From an uncultured Chloroflexia bacterium (GTDB lineage: Bacteria > Chloroflexota > Chloroflexia > QHBQ01 > JADMIH01): a stretch of DNA of 64,000 nt. The translations under genes and the position numbers were made by a program. The notes beneath the pieces were generated by a model. That model searched no databases. It was not told where the DNA came from and saw only the letters and a list, made by a program, of their open reading frames with translations. Location: NCBI GenBank assembly GCA_963797095.1, contig CAWCNY010000002.1, positions 192,001 through 256,000 on the forward strand. Direction: 5' to 3'. Below are positions 20,954 through 30,965 of this stretch, one piece after another. Numbering within the stretch: the first letter of the stretch is position 1; each line of letters opens with the position of its first letter.

Positions 20954-22855
20954 GTGGAAGTGTGTGTCGTGAGACCTTGTTTGGCTCTTATCCTTTGCCT
21001 TCTACTGGTCGGTGCAGTGATCGACAAATCAGGCGCTGCTTCGTCGCCCGAAGCCCTGTCCGGTTGTGCTGTCCTGTCAGCGCCTTCTGGGACAATTGTC
21101 CATGTGTCTACCGTGGCGCAGTTGCAGGATGCCGTTGCCAACCTGCAATCGAACACCACCATCTTGATCGCGGACGGCGATTACCCGCTTGAGAACACGC
21201 TGGTCATACGCAATGGTGTGCAGAACGTCGCTTTGCGTGGCGCGAGCAGCAACCGTGATGCGGTGGTTATTCGGGGGCATGGCATGAGCAACCCCGACTA
21301 TGGGAATGTGCCTCACGGCGTGCTGGTGCAGACATCCTCCAACGTCCTGATCGCCAACCTGACTATCAAGGATGTCGATTACCACGACATACAGATACAG
21401 GGCGAGCAGAACGCGCAGAGTCCCCACATATACAATGTGCACCTTTTAGATAGTGGCGAGCAGTTCGTGAAGGTATCGACCGGGCCTGGCGGCCCTTATG
21501 CGGACAACGGTGAAGTGGCTTGCTCGGTGATCGAGTACACAGACCGGGCGCGCAGTGACTATACGAACGGCGTGGACGCGCTGGCCGTGTCAGGTTGGGT
21601 GATCCGGGACAACGTGTTCCGCAACATCCGCGCCCCCGAAGGCTCGCTGGCCGGGCCTGCGGTGCTGATGTGGCGCAACTCGCTCAACACATTGGTGGAG
21701 CGCAACCAGTTCATCGAGTGCGACCGGGCGATTGCCCTGGGCCTCAGCGCACCTGACGCCAACTCGCGTGGTGGTGAAACCACTTACGACCACCAGGGCG
21801 GGATCATTCGCAACAACTTCGTGGACCGCGCTGCCGGAAGCCTCACAGGCGATGTTGGGATCACTGTGAATTACGCGCGCCACTTCAAGGTGTACAACAA
21901 TACAGTGGTGCTGAACGATACATTTCCATGGGCCATAGAGTACAGATTCGATGTGAGCAGTGGCGACATCCGGTACAACCTGTCGGATGGTCCCATTCAG
22001 CAGCGCGACGGCGCATCGGCAACAGTGGTTGGCAATCTCACGAACGCCCAACCCGGCTGGTTCGCCAACGCAGGCGCGGGCGACCTGCACCTCGTAGCGG
22101 GCGCTACCCAGGCTATAGACCATGCGGCGACCCTGGCCGACGTGCCAGACGATTACGATGGCACTACTAGGCCCGTGAACGGAGTGCCAGACGTAGGGGC
22201 AGACGAATATGGGGGCACGGGCGAATGCCTGGTGCAGTTCAGCGATGTTGTGCCCGGCTCGACCTTCTATGATTATGTGCACTGCCTGGCTTGCCGTAAC
22301 ATCTTATCCGGTTACGGGGATGGCACATTCCGCCCCAACAACCCTGTGACGCGTGGGCAACTGGCGAAGATAGTGTCCAACTCGGCGGGGTTCACCGATC
22401 CGCCCGGAGGCCAGATGTTCCAGGACGTGCCGTCGGGCAGCACTTTCTTCCAGTGGGTGAATAGGCTTGCAAGCCGTGGGTACTTATCAGGCTATGCGTG
22501 TGGCGGGCCGGGAGAGCCTTGCGGGTCGGGCAACCTGCCATATTTCAGACCGGGCGCATCGGTGACGAGGGGACAGACCTCGAAGATAGTAGCAAGCGCG
22601 GCCCAACTGCCAGATCCACCATCAGGACAGCATACATTCCAGGATGTGCCTGTGGGGAGCACCTTCTGGGCATGGGTGGAGGCGCTTGCAACTTCGGGGG
22701 CGATAAACGGCTATCCGTGCGGCGGGACGGGCGAACCATGTGGGCCGGGGAATCGCTCCTACTTCAGGGTCAATGCCTCGGTGACGAGGGGACAGTCGGC
22801 CAAGATCGTGTCAAGCACCTTCTTCCCGGAGTGCGCGAGCTATGGCGCGCACTGA
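20954..22855 (+). CDS. Secreted parallel beta-helix protein with C-terminal SLH-like domains
   Basis: Signal peptide, IADGDY, repeated 'I.NN' beta-helix rungs, PDVGADEY, three SLH-like repeats. Confidence 0.8.
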   Translation: MEVCVVRPCLALILCLLLVGAVIDKSGAASSPEALSGCAVLSAPSGTIVHVSTVAQLQDAVANLQSNTTILIADGDYPLENTLVIRNGVQNVALRGASSNRDAVVIRGHGMSNPDYGNVPHGVLVQTSSNVLIANLTIKDVDYHDIQIQGEQNAQSPHIYNVHLLDSGEQFVKVSTGPGGPYADNGEVACSVIEYTDRARSDYTNGVDALAVSGWVIRDNVFRNIRAPEGSLAGPAVLMWRNSLNTLVERNQFIECDRAIALGLSAPDANSRGGETTYDHQGGIIRNNFVDRAAGSLTGDVGITVNYARHFKVYNNTVVLNDTFPWAIEYRFDVSSGDIRYNLSDGPIQQRDGASATVVGNLTNAQPGWFANAGAGDLHLVAGATQAIDHAATLADVPDDYDGTTRPVNGVPDVGADEYGGTGECLVQFSDVVPGSTFYDYVHCLACRNILSGYGDGTFRPNNPVTRGQLAKIVSNSAGFTDPPGGQMFQDVPSGSTFFQWVNRLASRGYLSGYACGGPGEPCGSGNLPYFRPGASVTRGQTSKIVASAAQLPDPPSGQHTFQDVPVGSTFWAWVEALATSGAINGYPCGGTGEPCGPGNRSYFRVNASVTRGQSAKIVSSTFFPECASYGAH

Positions 22856-22864
22856 TGTTATTCT

Positions 22865-23962
22865 TTACCCCTCGGTCGCGCGCAAATATCGCTCCACCGA
22901 CCGTCGCACGGCGTTCTTCGCGTCCGGCATAACTACTTTTTCTTTCCAACTGCTATACAGGCGGTCGTATTGGAATGGTTCGACCGCATTGGCTATGTGG
23001 CGCACTTCGCCCGCGTTCAGTGGGATCAGGTTGGGATAGCTGTACATGAAGCTCACCCAGCGCCTGTCTTGCACCACGTAGATTGTATCGCCTGTGAGCA
23101 GCACGCCTTTGCCTTCGACCCCGCCTGCCCAGTGTAATACCGACGAGCCGGGAAAGTGCCCCCCACAGCGCGCCAGGGTCAACCCGTTTCCCAGGTCACG
23201 GTGTTCGCCCGACCAGAATACGATATTGGGGTGAGGGCGCATCGCCCACCGGCGGTCGTCCTCGTGCAGATATATAGGAGCGTTGTCGAAGGCTTTGCTC
23301 CACTCTACGACCGATGAATAGAAATGCGGGTGGGAAATGGCTATGGCCGATATGCCCCCAAGCTCTCGGACCGCTTGCACCGTTGCGTCATCCAGCAGAC
23401 TGATGCACTCCCACAGCACGTTGCCGCCCGGCGAAAGGATGAGGCGTGCCCTCTGGCCGATTGCGAATTGCGGCTCGGTGGTGATACCGATAAGCCCAGG
23501 CTCATCCTCCGAGAGCGCATTCTTGTGGTCAGTCCTCATCTCATCCAGGGTGGTCCACTTCTGGCCGCCCCAACCGATGTACTGCCTTTCGTCCTCGCAA
23601 ATAGGGCAGCTATTGGGCGGATCTTCCGACTCGGCATATTGTGTGCCGCATGTTACGCAAATATAGTTCTTCATCGTTTCTCCTCTGAACTTCTCGTCTA
23701 GCGAACATCGCCTTACCAGTTCCTTACTGCTCACCTCCTGCGCACCCCACTCGATAGCCAGGGCGCGCAGGTCGGGGTGCAAGTCGTAGTGAGGGTGGCG
23801 CGGGTGGTCCTGAAATCCTCGTCTTGGGATGCCCAATCGCCGCGCCATTTCGTGCAACTGCTCGAACCCCTCTTCGGAGAGATCGTCGGTTGCCATATGG
23901 CACCAGTAGCGCCAGCCGCGCGGCCCGGTCTTGTATTCACGGATAGGGTCTACGAGGATCAT
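22865..23962 (-). CDS. DUF4031-like domain fused in frame to an MBL-fold hydrolase (internal start likely at 23674)
   Basis: N-part WCHM...LHEMARRLG...FQDH..HPHYDL; C-part YICVTCGTQY, CPICEDERQY, ISHPHFY, GGHFPG. Confidence 0.75.
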   Translation of the reverse strand: MILVDPIREYKTGPRGWRYWCHMATDDLSEEGFEQLHEMARRLGIPRRGFQDHPRHPHYDLHPDLRALAIEWGAQEVSSKELVRRCSLDEKFRGETMKNYICVTCGTQYAESEDPPNSCPICEDERQYIGWGGQKWTTLDEMRTDHKNALSEDEPGLIGITTEPQFAIGQRARLILSPGGNVLWECISLLDDATVQAVRELGGISAIAISHPHFYSSVVEWSKAFDNAPIYLHEDDRRWAMRPHPNIVFWSGEHRDLGNGLTLARCGGHFPGSSVLHWAGGVEGKGVLLTGDTIYVVQDRRWVSFMYSYPNLIPLNAGEVRHIANAVEPFQYDRLYSSWKEKVVMPDAKNAVRRSVERYLRATEG

Positions 23963-24288
23963 AGAAATGGATCTGGAGAATAATGTACGCAGGGATCAGC
24001 AAACTGCAATGGCTACGATTATATCAAATCGAGCACCGGCGTCGTGGGGCGGGGCCTACAGTTGCCATGGATATGAAGCCGGGCATGTGATTTGCTCAGG
24101 TATTCGGGGCGGCGAAAAAGCCTGGGTATTCGGTATACTGGCTTAAGGGCAAGGAATGTAAGGGAAAATGCATCTATTATGAAGCCAATCGGCTTGCCGG
24201 ATCGTATGTTTACCACCCGATCAGGCGCGCGGTTCCTCCGGCAACAGCGCAAGCGTCCCAACCAACCGGCAGATAAGGTGGAGTCCCA

Positions 24289-26049
24289 ATGTCAGTGCAA
24301 GATCTCAACGGTTTGGTTCGCAAGGGCGAGCCAGGCGGCAATGTTAGGGTGGTATTGCCGTCGCAGGCTTACACCTCCTTGTTCAAGCTGGCCGTTGATA
24401 GATTGCCTTCGGAGACAATCGGCGTATTAATTGGCGAGACTCTTTTGCTTGATACTGAGGGTGGTAATCAGAACTGGATCACAATTCGTGATGCGGTACC
24501 CCTTACTCTTGTCAGTACGCCACATGGCCTCGGTGTGGACAGAGCCGCGTGGCAGGGCCTCTATAACAGGCTGAGCAACTCGTATAACGAGGGCTACGAC
24601 ACATTACAGGTGGTGGGTTGGTTTTACGCGGCCCCAGGCGTCGGCATGCTTAGCCCGATTGTGAGTTTCGACGATCTGACCCAGGCGATCGGCTTTCAGG
24701 CCAACTTGCTGCTGCTGGTAAATCCCCTCACCAACGAAGGAGCTTTCTACAGCGTTTATGATGACGGGTGGGAGCCGGTGGGTGGCTTCTATGAAGTTGT
24801 CTCCGACGAAGGTCAGAGGAAAGGGAGGCGAGCGAAAAGTAAGGGAAGTAGCGATATTATTCCGTGGCATAGTGAGGTGAAGAACGCCACGGAGTGGCTC
24901 GATACTCTGGTAGGCTGTTCTGCCGCACCCGATCCGGCAGAGCCGGAAGATACCTCAGCGCAAACTTCGACACTTCCGGTTGCCGATACTAATGCCAATG
25001 CTCCTTTAGACAGTGAACCTGGTGCCAATGCTCCTTTAGACAGTGAACCTGGTGCCAATGCTCCTTTAGACAGTGAACCTGGACGGGAACCCATAGGGAC
25101 CGAATCCCCACCTGAGTATAGAGATAACCGGCCGGAGCAAGAAACCCAATACGGGTCGCCTACGGTGGCCCTGCCGTTGACCACACAGCGTATGCCCGGC
25201 CCGGCCAGGTGGGTCGCTGCTGAGGAGGTCGGGCCTGCTCCTTCGCGCGTGACGATCAGCCTGATCTGGAAAGTGGCGCTTGCCTGCCTGGCTCTGGTTC
25301 TGCTCGTTGCGCTGGTGATGAATATCGCGTCAGGGGGTTCTTCCGGCTTGCCTGCCGAGTCAAGTGGGCCGACTATTACGCCCCTTAGTCAATCAGACGT
25401 CCCAACTGCGCCAACTGCGGTCGGAGTGCTGCCGGGTGGTATGCCCCAATCGACAGGTGTGCTGGAGACAGCTATAACGGGTACTCCGTCTGCTACACCC
25501 TCTCCCACTTCGATCCGCGCTACTGCAACCGCTACAGCAGTGCCCCCCAGTGCGACGGCAACACCGGGAACGCCTTTTGTACCGACAGTGGTGACGGGAT
25601 CGCACGAGTTTCGGTTTGAGGAGGGAGATTTTACGGGTGGGTACAGGCCGAGCGGCGATCTCTACCGGGGGCGAACGGCACGCCTTCTTTATGCAACGCG
25701 CACCCAGGAGAGCACGATCACGGTCAAGTTCAACCTGAACCTCCAGGCGGGCGGGCCTATAGATGGCGCCGATCTGGTGCTAACTGGGATGGACTCTGCG
25801 GATGCTGTTAAGGCGTCTGTAAGGATTACCCTCAATAATGTAGTTGTCTTCGAAGGGGCGGACCCCCTGGCAAACGAATTGCTTAACACCCCGGCAGACT
25901 CTGCTAACTGGACCACGCACACCTGGCGAGTGCCCGGCAGTGCGTTCCGGCAAGGTGCTAATACTCTCACCATTACCAATCTATCAGCGAGCGTTAGGGG
26001 CTCAACACAACCCTTCGTCGTGTTCGACTACGCTTCGATCTCGTGGTAA
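24289..26049 (+). CDS. Membrane protein: degenerate JAB/MPN-like N-terminal domain, TM, PT linker, extracellular beta domain
   Basis: ETIGVLIG...VVGWFY pattern lacking the HxH metal ligands; TM LIWKVALACLALVLLVALVM. Confidence 0.55.
   Translation: MSVQDLNGLVRKGEPGGNVRVVLPSQAYTSLFKLAVDRLPSETIGVLIGETLLLDTEGGNQNWITIRDAVPLTLVSTPHGLGVDRAAWQGLYNRLSNSYNEGYDTLQVVGWFYAAPGVGMLSPIVSFDDLTQAIGFQANLLLLVNPLTNEGAFYSVYDDGWEPVGGFYEVVSDEGQRKGRRAKSKGSSDIIPWHSEVKNATEWLDTLVGCSAAPDPAEPEDTSAQTSTLPVADTNANAPLDSEPGANAPLDSEPGANAPLDSEPGREPIGTESPPEYRDNRPEQETQYGSPTVALPLTTQRMPGPARWVAAEEVGPAPSRVTISLIWKVALACLALVLLVALVMNIASGGSSGLPAESSGPTITPLSQSDVPTAPTAVGVLPGGMPQSTGVLETAITGTPSATPSPTSIRATATATAVPPSATATPGTPFVPTVVTGSHEFRFEEGDFTGGYRPSGDLYRGRTARLLYATRTQESTITVKFNLNLQAGGPIDGADLVLTGMDSADAVKASVRITLNNVVVFEGADPLANELLNTPADSANWTTHTWRVPGSAFRQGANTLTITNLSASVRGSTQPFVVFDYASISW
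24993..25082. repeat. Perfect 30-bp tandem repeat x3 (encodes ANAPLDSEPG)
   Basis: TGCCAATGCTCCTTTAGACAGTGAACCTGG x3. Confidence 0.95.
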
Positions 26050-26185
26050 CAGGCGCTACCGCGGGTCGAGCAGTCAGGGTTCTACCTGCACAGGTGGCCC
26101 GGTACTTGTAGTATTCGGGTTGAGAGTATGCCGGCTCGGTGCATGGTCCCATGCACCAACCTATCACCCCCGGAGGAGGTATGAC

Positions 26186-27052
26186 ATGTTAGGCAATCAG
26201 AGCTGTAGGACTTTCCTTGCCGTATTCGCCGCAGCATTGCTGGCAATTGCCTGTTTGGCTGCTCCCGTCCCCGCAGCAGCCAAACAGGCATCAAGCGCCC
26301 AGTTTCGCGTGCTACATACCGTTTTCGATGCGCCCGGTATCGATATTTACTTGAACGGCAGCAAGGCAATCACCGACCTGGAGTATAAGGGCGTAACTCC
26401 ACGTACATCTCTCGACGCAGGTACATACACCGTCAAGATTACACGCACAGGTGAGAGCGACAGCATTTTCAGTACCGAGTTGAACCTGGAAGCCGGTAAG
26501 AACTACACCCTGGTGGTCGTGGGCAAGCTGGCTAATGTCAGCGCAAAGCTGCTTGAGGACGATCTGAGCAAGCTTGACGCGGGCAAAGTGCGGGTGCGCC
26601 TCATGCATACCTCGCCCGATACGCCAGCCATAGATGTAGCTTTACAAAACGGCAAGATTCTGGTGCCCAACCTGGGCTTCGCGGAATTTAGCGATTACCT
26701 GACGGTGGATGCAGCTACCATCACCGTGGAGTTGCGGCCGGCGGGCAGCACGACAGTTGCTTTGACGGTGCCCAACGTGGAGTTGGTGGCGGGCACTGTT
26801 TACACGGTAGTAGTAGTGGGTACGTCGAGCGGCGCGCCGGGCTTGGCTCCTGTGGTGCTATCTGACAAGGTACAGGTCGCCGAGGCTCTACCGGCGACGG
26901 GTGGGCCCGGTGGTGCTTCTTCGTCGCCACCCGATACGGTGCCAACCACCGGGGCCGGTACAGACCCATTGGAGGTTTTCTCGCTGGCGGCCTTGCTGGC
27001 GATGGCGCTCATAGCTAGTGGGTCCATTTTGCGCAAGCTTTCCAGCAAGTAG
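26186..27052 (+). CDS. DUF4397-domain secreted protein with a sortase-type C-terminal anchor
   Basis: RVLHTVFDAP and RVRLMHTSPDTPAIDV repeats; LPATG and VPTTG followed by TM and RK tail; RBS GGAGG. Confidence 0.8.
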   Translation: MLGNQSCRTFLAVFAAALLAIACLAAPVPAAAKQASSAQFRVLHTVFDAPGIDIYLNGSKAITDLEYKGVTPRTSLDAGTYTVKITRTGESDSIFSTELNLEAGKNYTLVVVGKLANVSAKLLEDDLSKLDAGKVRVRLMHTSPDTPAIDVALQNGKILVPNLGFAEFSDYLTVDAATITVELRPAGSTTVALTVPNVELVAGTVYTVVVVGTSSGAPGLAPVVLSDKVQVAEALPATGGPGGASSSPPDTVPTTGAGTDPLEVFSLAALLAMALIASGSILRKLSSK

Positions 27053-27063
27053 TTCTCACTCCG

Positions 27064-27101
27064 GGACGAGAAGGATGGGTCACGACGCATCCTTCTCATC
27101 C
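27064..27101. terminator. Hairpin between convergent genes
   Basis: GAGAAGGATG-N10-CATCCTTCTC. Confidence 0.55.
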
Positions 27102-27116
27102 GCGTCGGTGCGAGTC

Positions 27117-29921
27117 TTACTTCTTCGAGGCTATGTAATTGTCTACAAGCGTTTCGAGCACCTCCAGTGGCACTGTTCCGTTCTGGAGCACCACATCGTG
27201 GAACTCCTTGATATCGAACTTGGAGCCTAATGCTTTCTTGGCCTTCTCTCTTAGCTCAACTATCTTAAGCTCCCCAATCTTGTAGCCCAGAGCTTGGCCG
27301 GGCCATGCAATATACCGGTCAACTTCGCTGGCGTAGGAGCCTGGCGGCGTGCCGAGGGTGTCTTCCATATACTTGTTGGCCTGAGCACGCGTCCAGCGCT
27401 TCCAGTGGATACCTGTATCAACTACCAGGCGGGCGGACCTGAACAACTCGGCCTGCAAGCGTCCCAGGTTGCCGTAGGGATCGTCTTTGTAAAAGCCCGC
27501 CTCGTAGGCCAGTTGCTCGGCGTAGAGACCCCACCCTTCCGTGTAGCCTGTGGAGGTAGGGAAGATGCCGGAGCGCTGGAAGGTTGGCACGTTTGTCAGT
27601 TCGGTCTGGATGCCAAGCTGGAAGTGATGGCCGGGGATGGCTTCATGGTAGGCCAGGGTGGGCATCTGGTACTTGGGGAAGGTGGGCCTCCCCAAGTTGA
27701 CGTAGAATATGCCGGGCCTCGACCCATCGAGCGCGGGCGCGAAGTAGTAGCCGCCGGGCGACCCGGCTTCTTTTTCAGTGGGCACGGCTCGCACCTCCAC
27801 ACCTATTGTTGGCTTGATGTCGAACTGGCTCGCGATCCTGTTATTGGCATCGATGATCAGCGCTTGGAAAGCATCGAGCACCTGCTCTTTTTGGGCCTGG
27901 GTGCGGGTCTGGTATGAGCCACTGTCTTCGGCCACTTTATTCATGGCGTCTGCGAAGCCCAAACCCTTGTAACCCAGGCCATCGAGTATAGTCTGCATTT
28001 CGCCTCTTACCCTGGCGACCTCGCTCAGACCGAGGTTGTAGATCTCCTCAGGGGTCATATCCGTGGTTGTGTAGTGGTGGATGGCGTACTGGTAATAGGC
28101 ATCGCCGTTGGGCAAATCCCATACTCCGTCTGTGATGCGCCCCTTCGGTAGCAGGTCCGTGAGGTAGTCGATCACGAGCTGGTAGGCCGGGTAGACGGTT
28201 TCGCGGACCGCCTTCTCAGCCGATGCAAGCAGGCTTTGCCTATCCGCCGCACTGAGGTTGTTTATCTCATCGAGGCGGGTTTTGAAGTAGGTGTATAGCT
28301 CGTTTTGCGTGGGGTCCTGGTTCACGAAGAAGCGCATCTGGTTAAGGGTGCTCTGGACCATCCATTGTGGCGGGACGATCCCTTTCTGCTCCCGCAGGCG
28401 CAACTGCTCCATTACCCCATCAAATTTGGTCCCATACTCTCCAAGCCGTGCCACGTAGTCCTGGGCGTCCTGCTTGTTGTCCAGGGGCTGGAGGTTCACC
28501 ATCAGGTCTTCGAGGTTGTTTTGCACCCCCGTGACCGGGTTGACGATATAGTCGTCGTACATGAACTCCTGCCCATGCAGCACGTCATCGAGGTGCCATT
28601 CCATGATGGCAGTTGAGACCAGTTGTTGCGGGGTTTGCAATTTGGGATCGTAGGTCTTCAACTGTTGAAGGTATTGCTTCGCAAGTGCGTAGGTCTGTTG
28701 CAGATAGGCGTCGTGTACGTTGGTCAATTTGTCGTTGTGAAAATCCGGCGCGTAGCTGTCGGGGAGGCCCACGCCTGTAAAGGTTTCGGGGTCTCTCAGT
28801 AGGAGGTTTCGGAATACCTGCTCGTAGAAGTCGTTCAGGTTGAGATTAGCGGGCAGTTGCCCCGCCTCGTACTTAGCCTTATAGCGGAAGGTGCCTAGCT
28901 GCGAGAGTAGCACATCGTATGGGGGTTGGTTTTCGGGGTGCTTCTCGAAGACGGCGCGCTCGAAGTATTGGACTGTGTAGGTTTTGCCGTCGAGGTCAGA
29001 CTTCTCGGCAAATTCGCGGCTGATCGGGTAGCCCTGCTGGGCGAGGCCGCCGTGTCGTTTCCAGTAATCAAGGAAGGCCCCGCATACCGCCTGCCCGCTC
29101 TCCTGGAAGACGAGGCAGTTGGGGTCAGGCACCAGCACGATGTTGAATGTGCCTTCGGCCTGCCCCGGCGCGGGGTGGTAGGCGTTGGAGTAGATGGTCT
29201 TGTAGCCGGGGGCCGAGATGTGCATATGGATGTGTTCGGGGGGCCTGCTCTCGAACCGGTAAGCGCCCGTGGCATCGGTCAGCACGGCAGCCCGGTCGTT
29301 TGGATCGTGACCTATGCCTGCTATTTCGGGCCACATTTCCACTTTTGCCCCGGCGATTGGCAGGCAGCCATCGGTGGACAGGACAAAGCCCCGGACGATA
29401 TGGCCTTTGCCCACCGAGTTCTTGATTGGAGGGTTCGGCTCATATGGGCCAGGCGGGTCATCGGTGGTGGCTGTGCATGGAGTCTGTGCTGCGCTCGCCG
29501 GGAGGGTTAGCGATGCGCCTCCCGGCTCGCCGTCGGGGTATTTGGCCTTGAAGAGTAACGTGCCCAACTGTGTAAGAAGTACGTTGTACGGGGCCCGGTT
29601 CTCAGGGTGGTATTCGAAAACGGCGCGCTCGAAATACTGGACTGTGTAGGTTTTGCCATTCAGATCGCTTGTCTCTTGCATTTCGTCGGAGATGGGATAG
29701 CCTTGCTGGGGTAGGCCGCCATTGTTGTTCCAGTAGTCGAGGAAAAGCCCATTGACGGTCTTGCCCGTTTCGGGGAAGGTGCGTGTGCCGTCGCCTGGGA
29801 CCGGCACCGGAGTAGCCTGGGCCTGTATGCTTGCCGGTTCTCCTATTCGCGATCCCGACCCGAAGCCCAGTATGATTATCAATGCGGCCAATGCTGTTGA
29901 TTTTCCGGCTTTGCGTTGCAT
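27117..29921 (-). CDS. DUF885-family metallopeptidase-like protein with N-terminal cell-surface repeats and an intradiol-dioxygenase-like insert
   Basis: YHEAIPGHHFQ, EGWGLYAE, RLVVDTGIH, PGQALGYKIG; two 'GGL.QQGYPIS...YTVQYFERAVFE.HPEN' repeats. Confidence 0.85.
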   Translation of the reverse strand: MQRKAGKSTALAALIIILGFGSGSRIGEPASIQAQATPVPVPGDGTRTFPETGKTVNGLFLDYWNNNGGLPQQGYPISDEMQETSDLNGKTYTVQYFERAVFEYHPENRAPYNVLLTQLGTLLFKAKYPDGEPGGASLTLPASAAQTPCTATTDDPPGPYEPNPPIKNSVGKGHIVRGFVLSTDGCLPIAGAKVEMWPEIAGIGHDPNDRAAVLTDATGAYRFESRPPEHIHMHISAPGYKTIYSNAYHPAPGQAEGTFNIVLVPDPNCLVFQESGQAVCGAFLDYWKRHGGLAQQGYPISREFAEKSDLDGKTYTVQYFERAVFEKHPENQPPYDVLLSQLGTFRYKAKYEAGQLPANLNLNDFYEQVFRNLLLRDPETFTGVGLPDSYAPDFHNDKLTNVHDAYLQQTYALAKQYLQQLKTYDPKLQTPQQLVSTAIMEWHLDDVLHGQEFMYDDYIVNPVTGVQNNLEDLMVNLQPLDNKQDAQDYVARLGEYGTKFDGVMEQLRLREQKGIVPPQWMVQSTLNQMRFFVNQDPTQNELYTYFKTRLDEINNLSAADRQSLLASAEKAVRETVYPAYQLVIDYLTDLLPKGRITDGVWDLPNGDAYYQYAIHHYTTTDMTPEEIYNLGLSEVARVRGEMQTILDGLGYKGLGFADAMNKVAEDSGSYQTRTQAQKEQVLDAFQALIIDANNRIASQFDIKPTIGVEVRAVPTEKEAGSPGGYYFAPALDGSRPGIFYVNLGRPTFPKYQMPTLAYHEAIPGHHFQLGIQTELTNVPTFQRSGIFPTSTGYTEGWGLYAEQLAYEAGFYKDDPYGNLGRLQAELFRSARLVVDTGIHWKRWTRAQANKYMEDTLGTPPGSYASEVDRYIAWPGQALGYKIGELKIVELREKAKKALGSKFDIKEFHDVVLQNGTVPLEVLETLVDNYIASKK

Positions 29922-30271
29922 TGTTCCTACCTCCTCGACATGCGGTGCGTAGCCTGGGCGCAACCGGCTCGCTATTGCTCAGTATTACCCCACAGGTAGA
30001 GCGTGGGTTCCAACTTGATTCGCCTGTGATGGGCTTGAAATGTATACCTTTGGCTGTGTCAGCGTTGGTTTTGGCGGCCTTTGTTGGTGGCAAGGTTTAC
30101 TTCCCCTCACTTACTAAATGACATTAGTGAGACAAAACGGGACAGGTTTTGGGGTGTACTTAAGGGTGGTTTTTCGGGTAAAATAACAATTACCCCATAT
30201 AAGGCAACCGTCGGTGTGCGGCAAGTGATAGCTGTGCGCCGTCTGCCAATAGATAAAATAGAAGGAGCTAT

Positions 30272-30895
30272 ATGGAAGGCATCTGGCTTATCAGCTATAT
30301 CGTACTCTGGCTCGTAGTGGTAGCCCTCATTGTGCTGGTGCTTCTCCTCTACCGCCAGCTTGGAATTATGTACCTCGGCACAGCCGAGGGTGTATCTCGC
30401 GACGGGCTGGCTCGTGGCTCGGTCGCGCCCGATTTCGCGCTTACCGATCAATACGGGCAGACGCAGCGATTGTCGGACTATCGCGGCCAGCCCACGGCTG
30501 TGATTTTCGGGTCGCCTAGCTGCGGCCCATGCCGCCTGCTAATCCCGCAGTTGCACGAATGGGCCAAAAAGCACCAGGATATGGCGGTGCTGTGGCTCAA
30601 CGCGGCTACGCCTGAAGAGAGCTTGCGGTTCGTTTCAGATGTGGGCGCGAGCCTGCCGGTGGCCCCGTACTCGCCCGACACGAAACTGCTGGACAAGTAC
30701 AAGGTGCGCGTTACTCCGTTCATCTTCATGGTGGATGAAGTAGGAGTGATCCGCGCCAAGGGCTTGGTGAACAACAAGGGTGGGCTTGATCTCTATTACA
30801 GGGAGTTGAAAACGGGCAAGTTCGAAGCCACGCCGGAGGAGGAAGGAGCGGCAGAAGAGGAAGCCACGCTTCAGGAAGCTACCAGCAGTCATTGA
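30272..30895 (+). CDS. MauD-like membrane-anchored thiol-disulfide oxidoreductase (AhpC/TSA fold)
   Basis: N-terminal TM, then LYRQLG, APDFALTD, FGSPSCGPC, VTPF, RAKGLVN, which match the MauD layout. Confidence 0.8.
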   Translation: MEGIWLISYIVLWLVVVALIVLVLLLYRQLGIMYLGTAEGVSRDGLARGSVAPDFALTDQYGQTQRLSDYRGQPTAVIFGSPSCGPCRLLIPQLHEWAKKHQDMAVLWLNAATPEESLRFVSDVGASLPVAPYSPDTKLLDKYKVRVTPFIFMVDEVGVIRAKGLVNNKGGLDLYYRELKTGKFEATPEEEGAAEEEATLQEATSSH

Positions 30896-30965
30896 TGAGT
30901 TCCTGGTTCCTGGTTTCTGGTTGGTGGCTTTAGTGCTGTAGATAACATACAAGGAGGTATTTGCC

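Noticed and set aside
24993-25082. 30-bp repeat as possible CRISPR
   Set aside because: No spacers; it is an in-frame coding repeat.
25844-26185. N-terminal extension of the DUF4397 ORF, and similar extensions at 13796-13921, 15399-15572 and 16303-16386
   Set aside because: They overlap neighbouring genes or heptamer repeats; downstream starts fit the RBS and family N-termini better.
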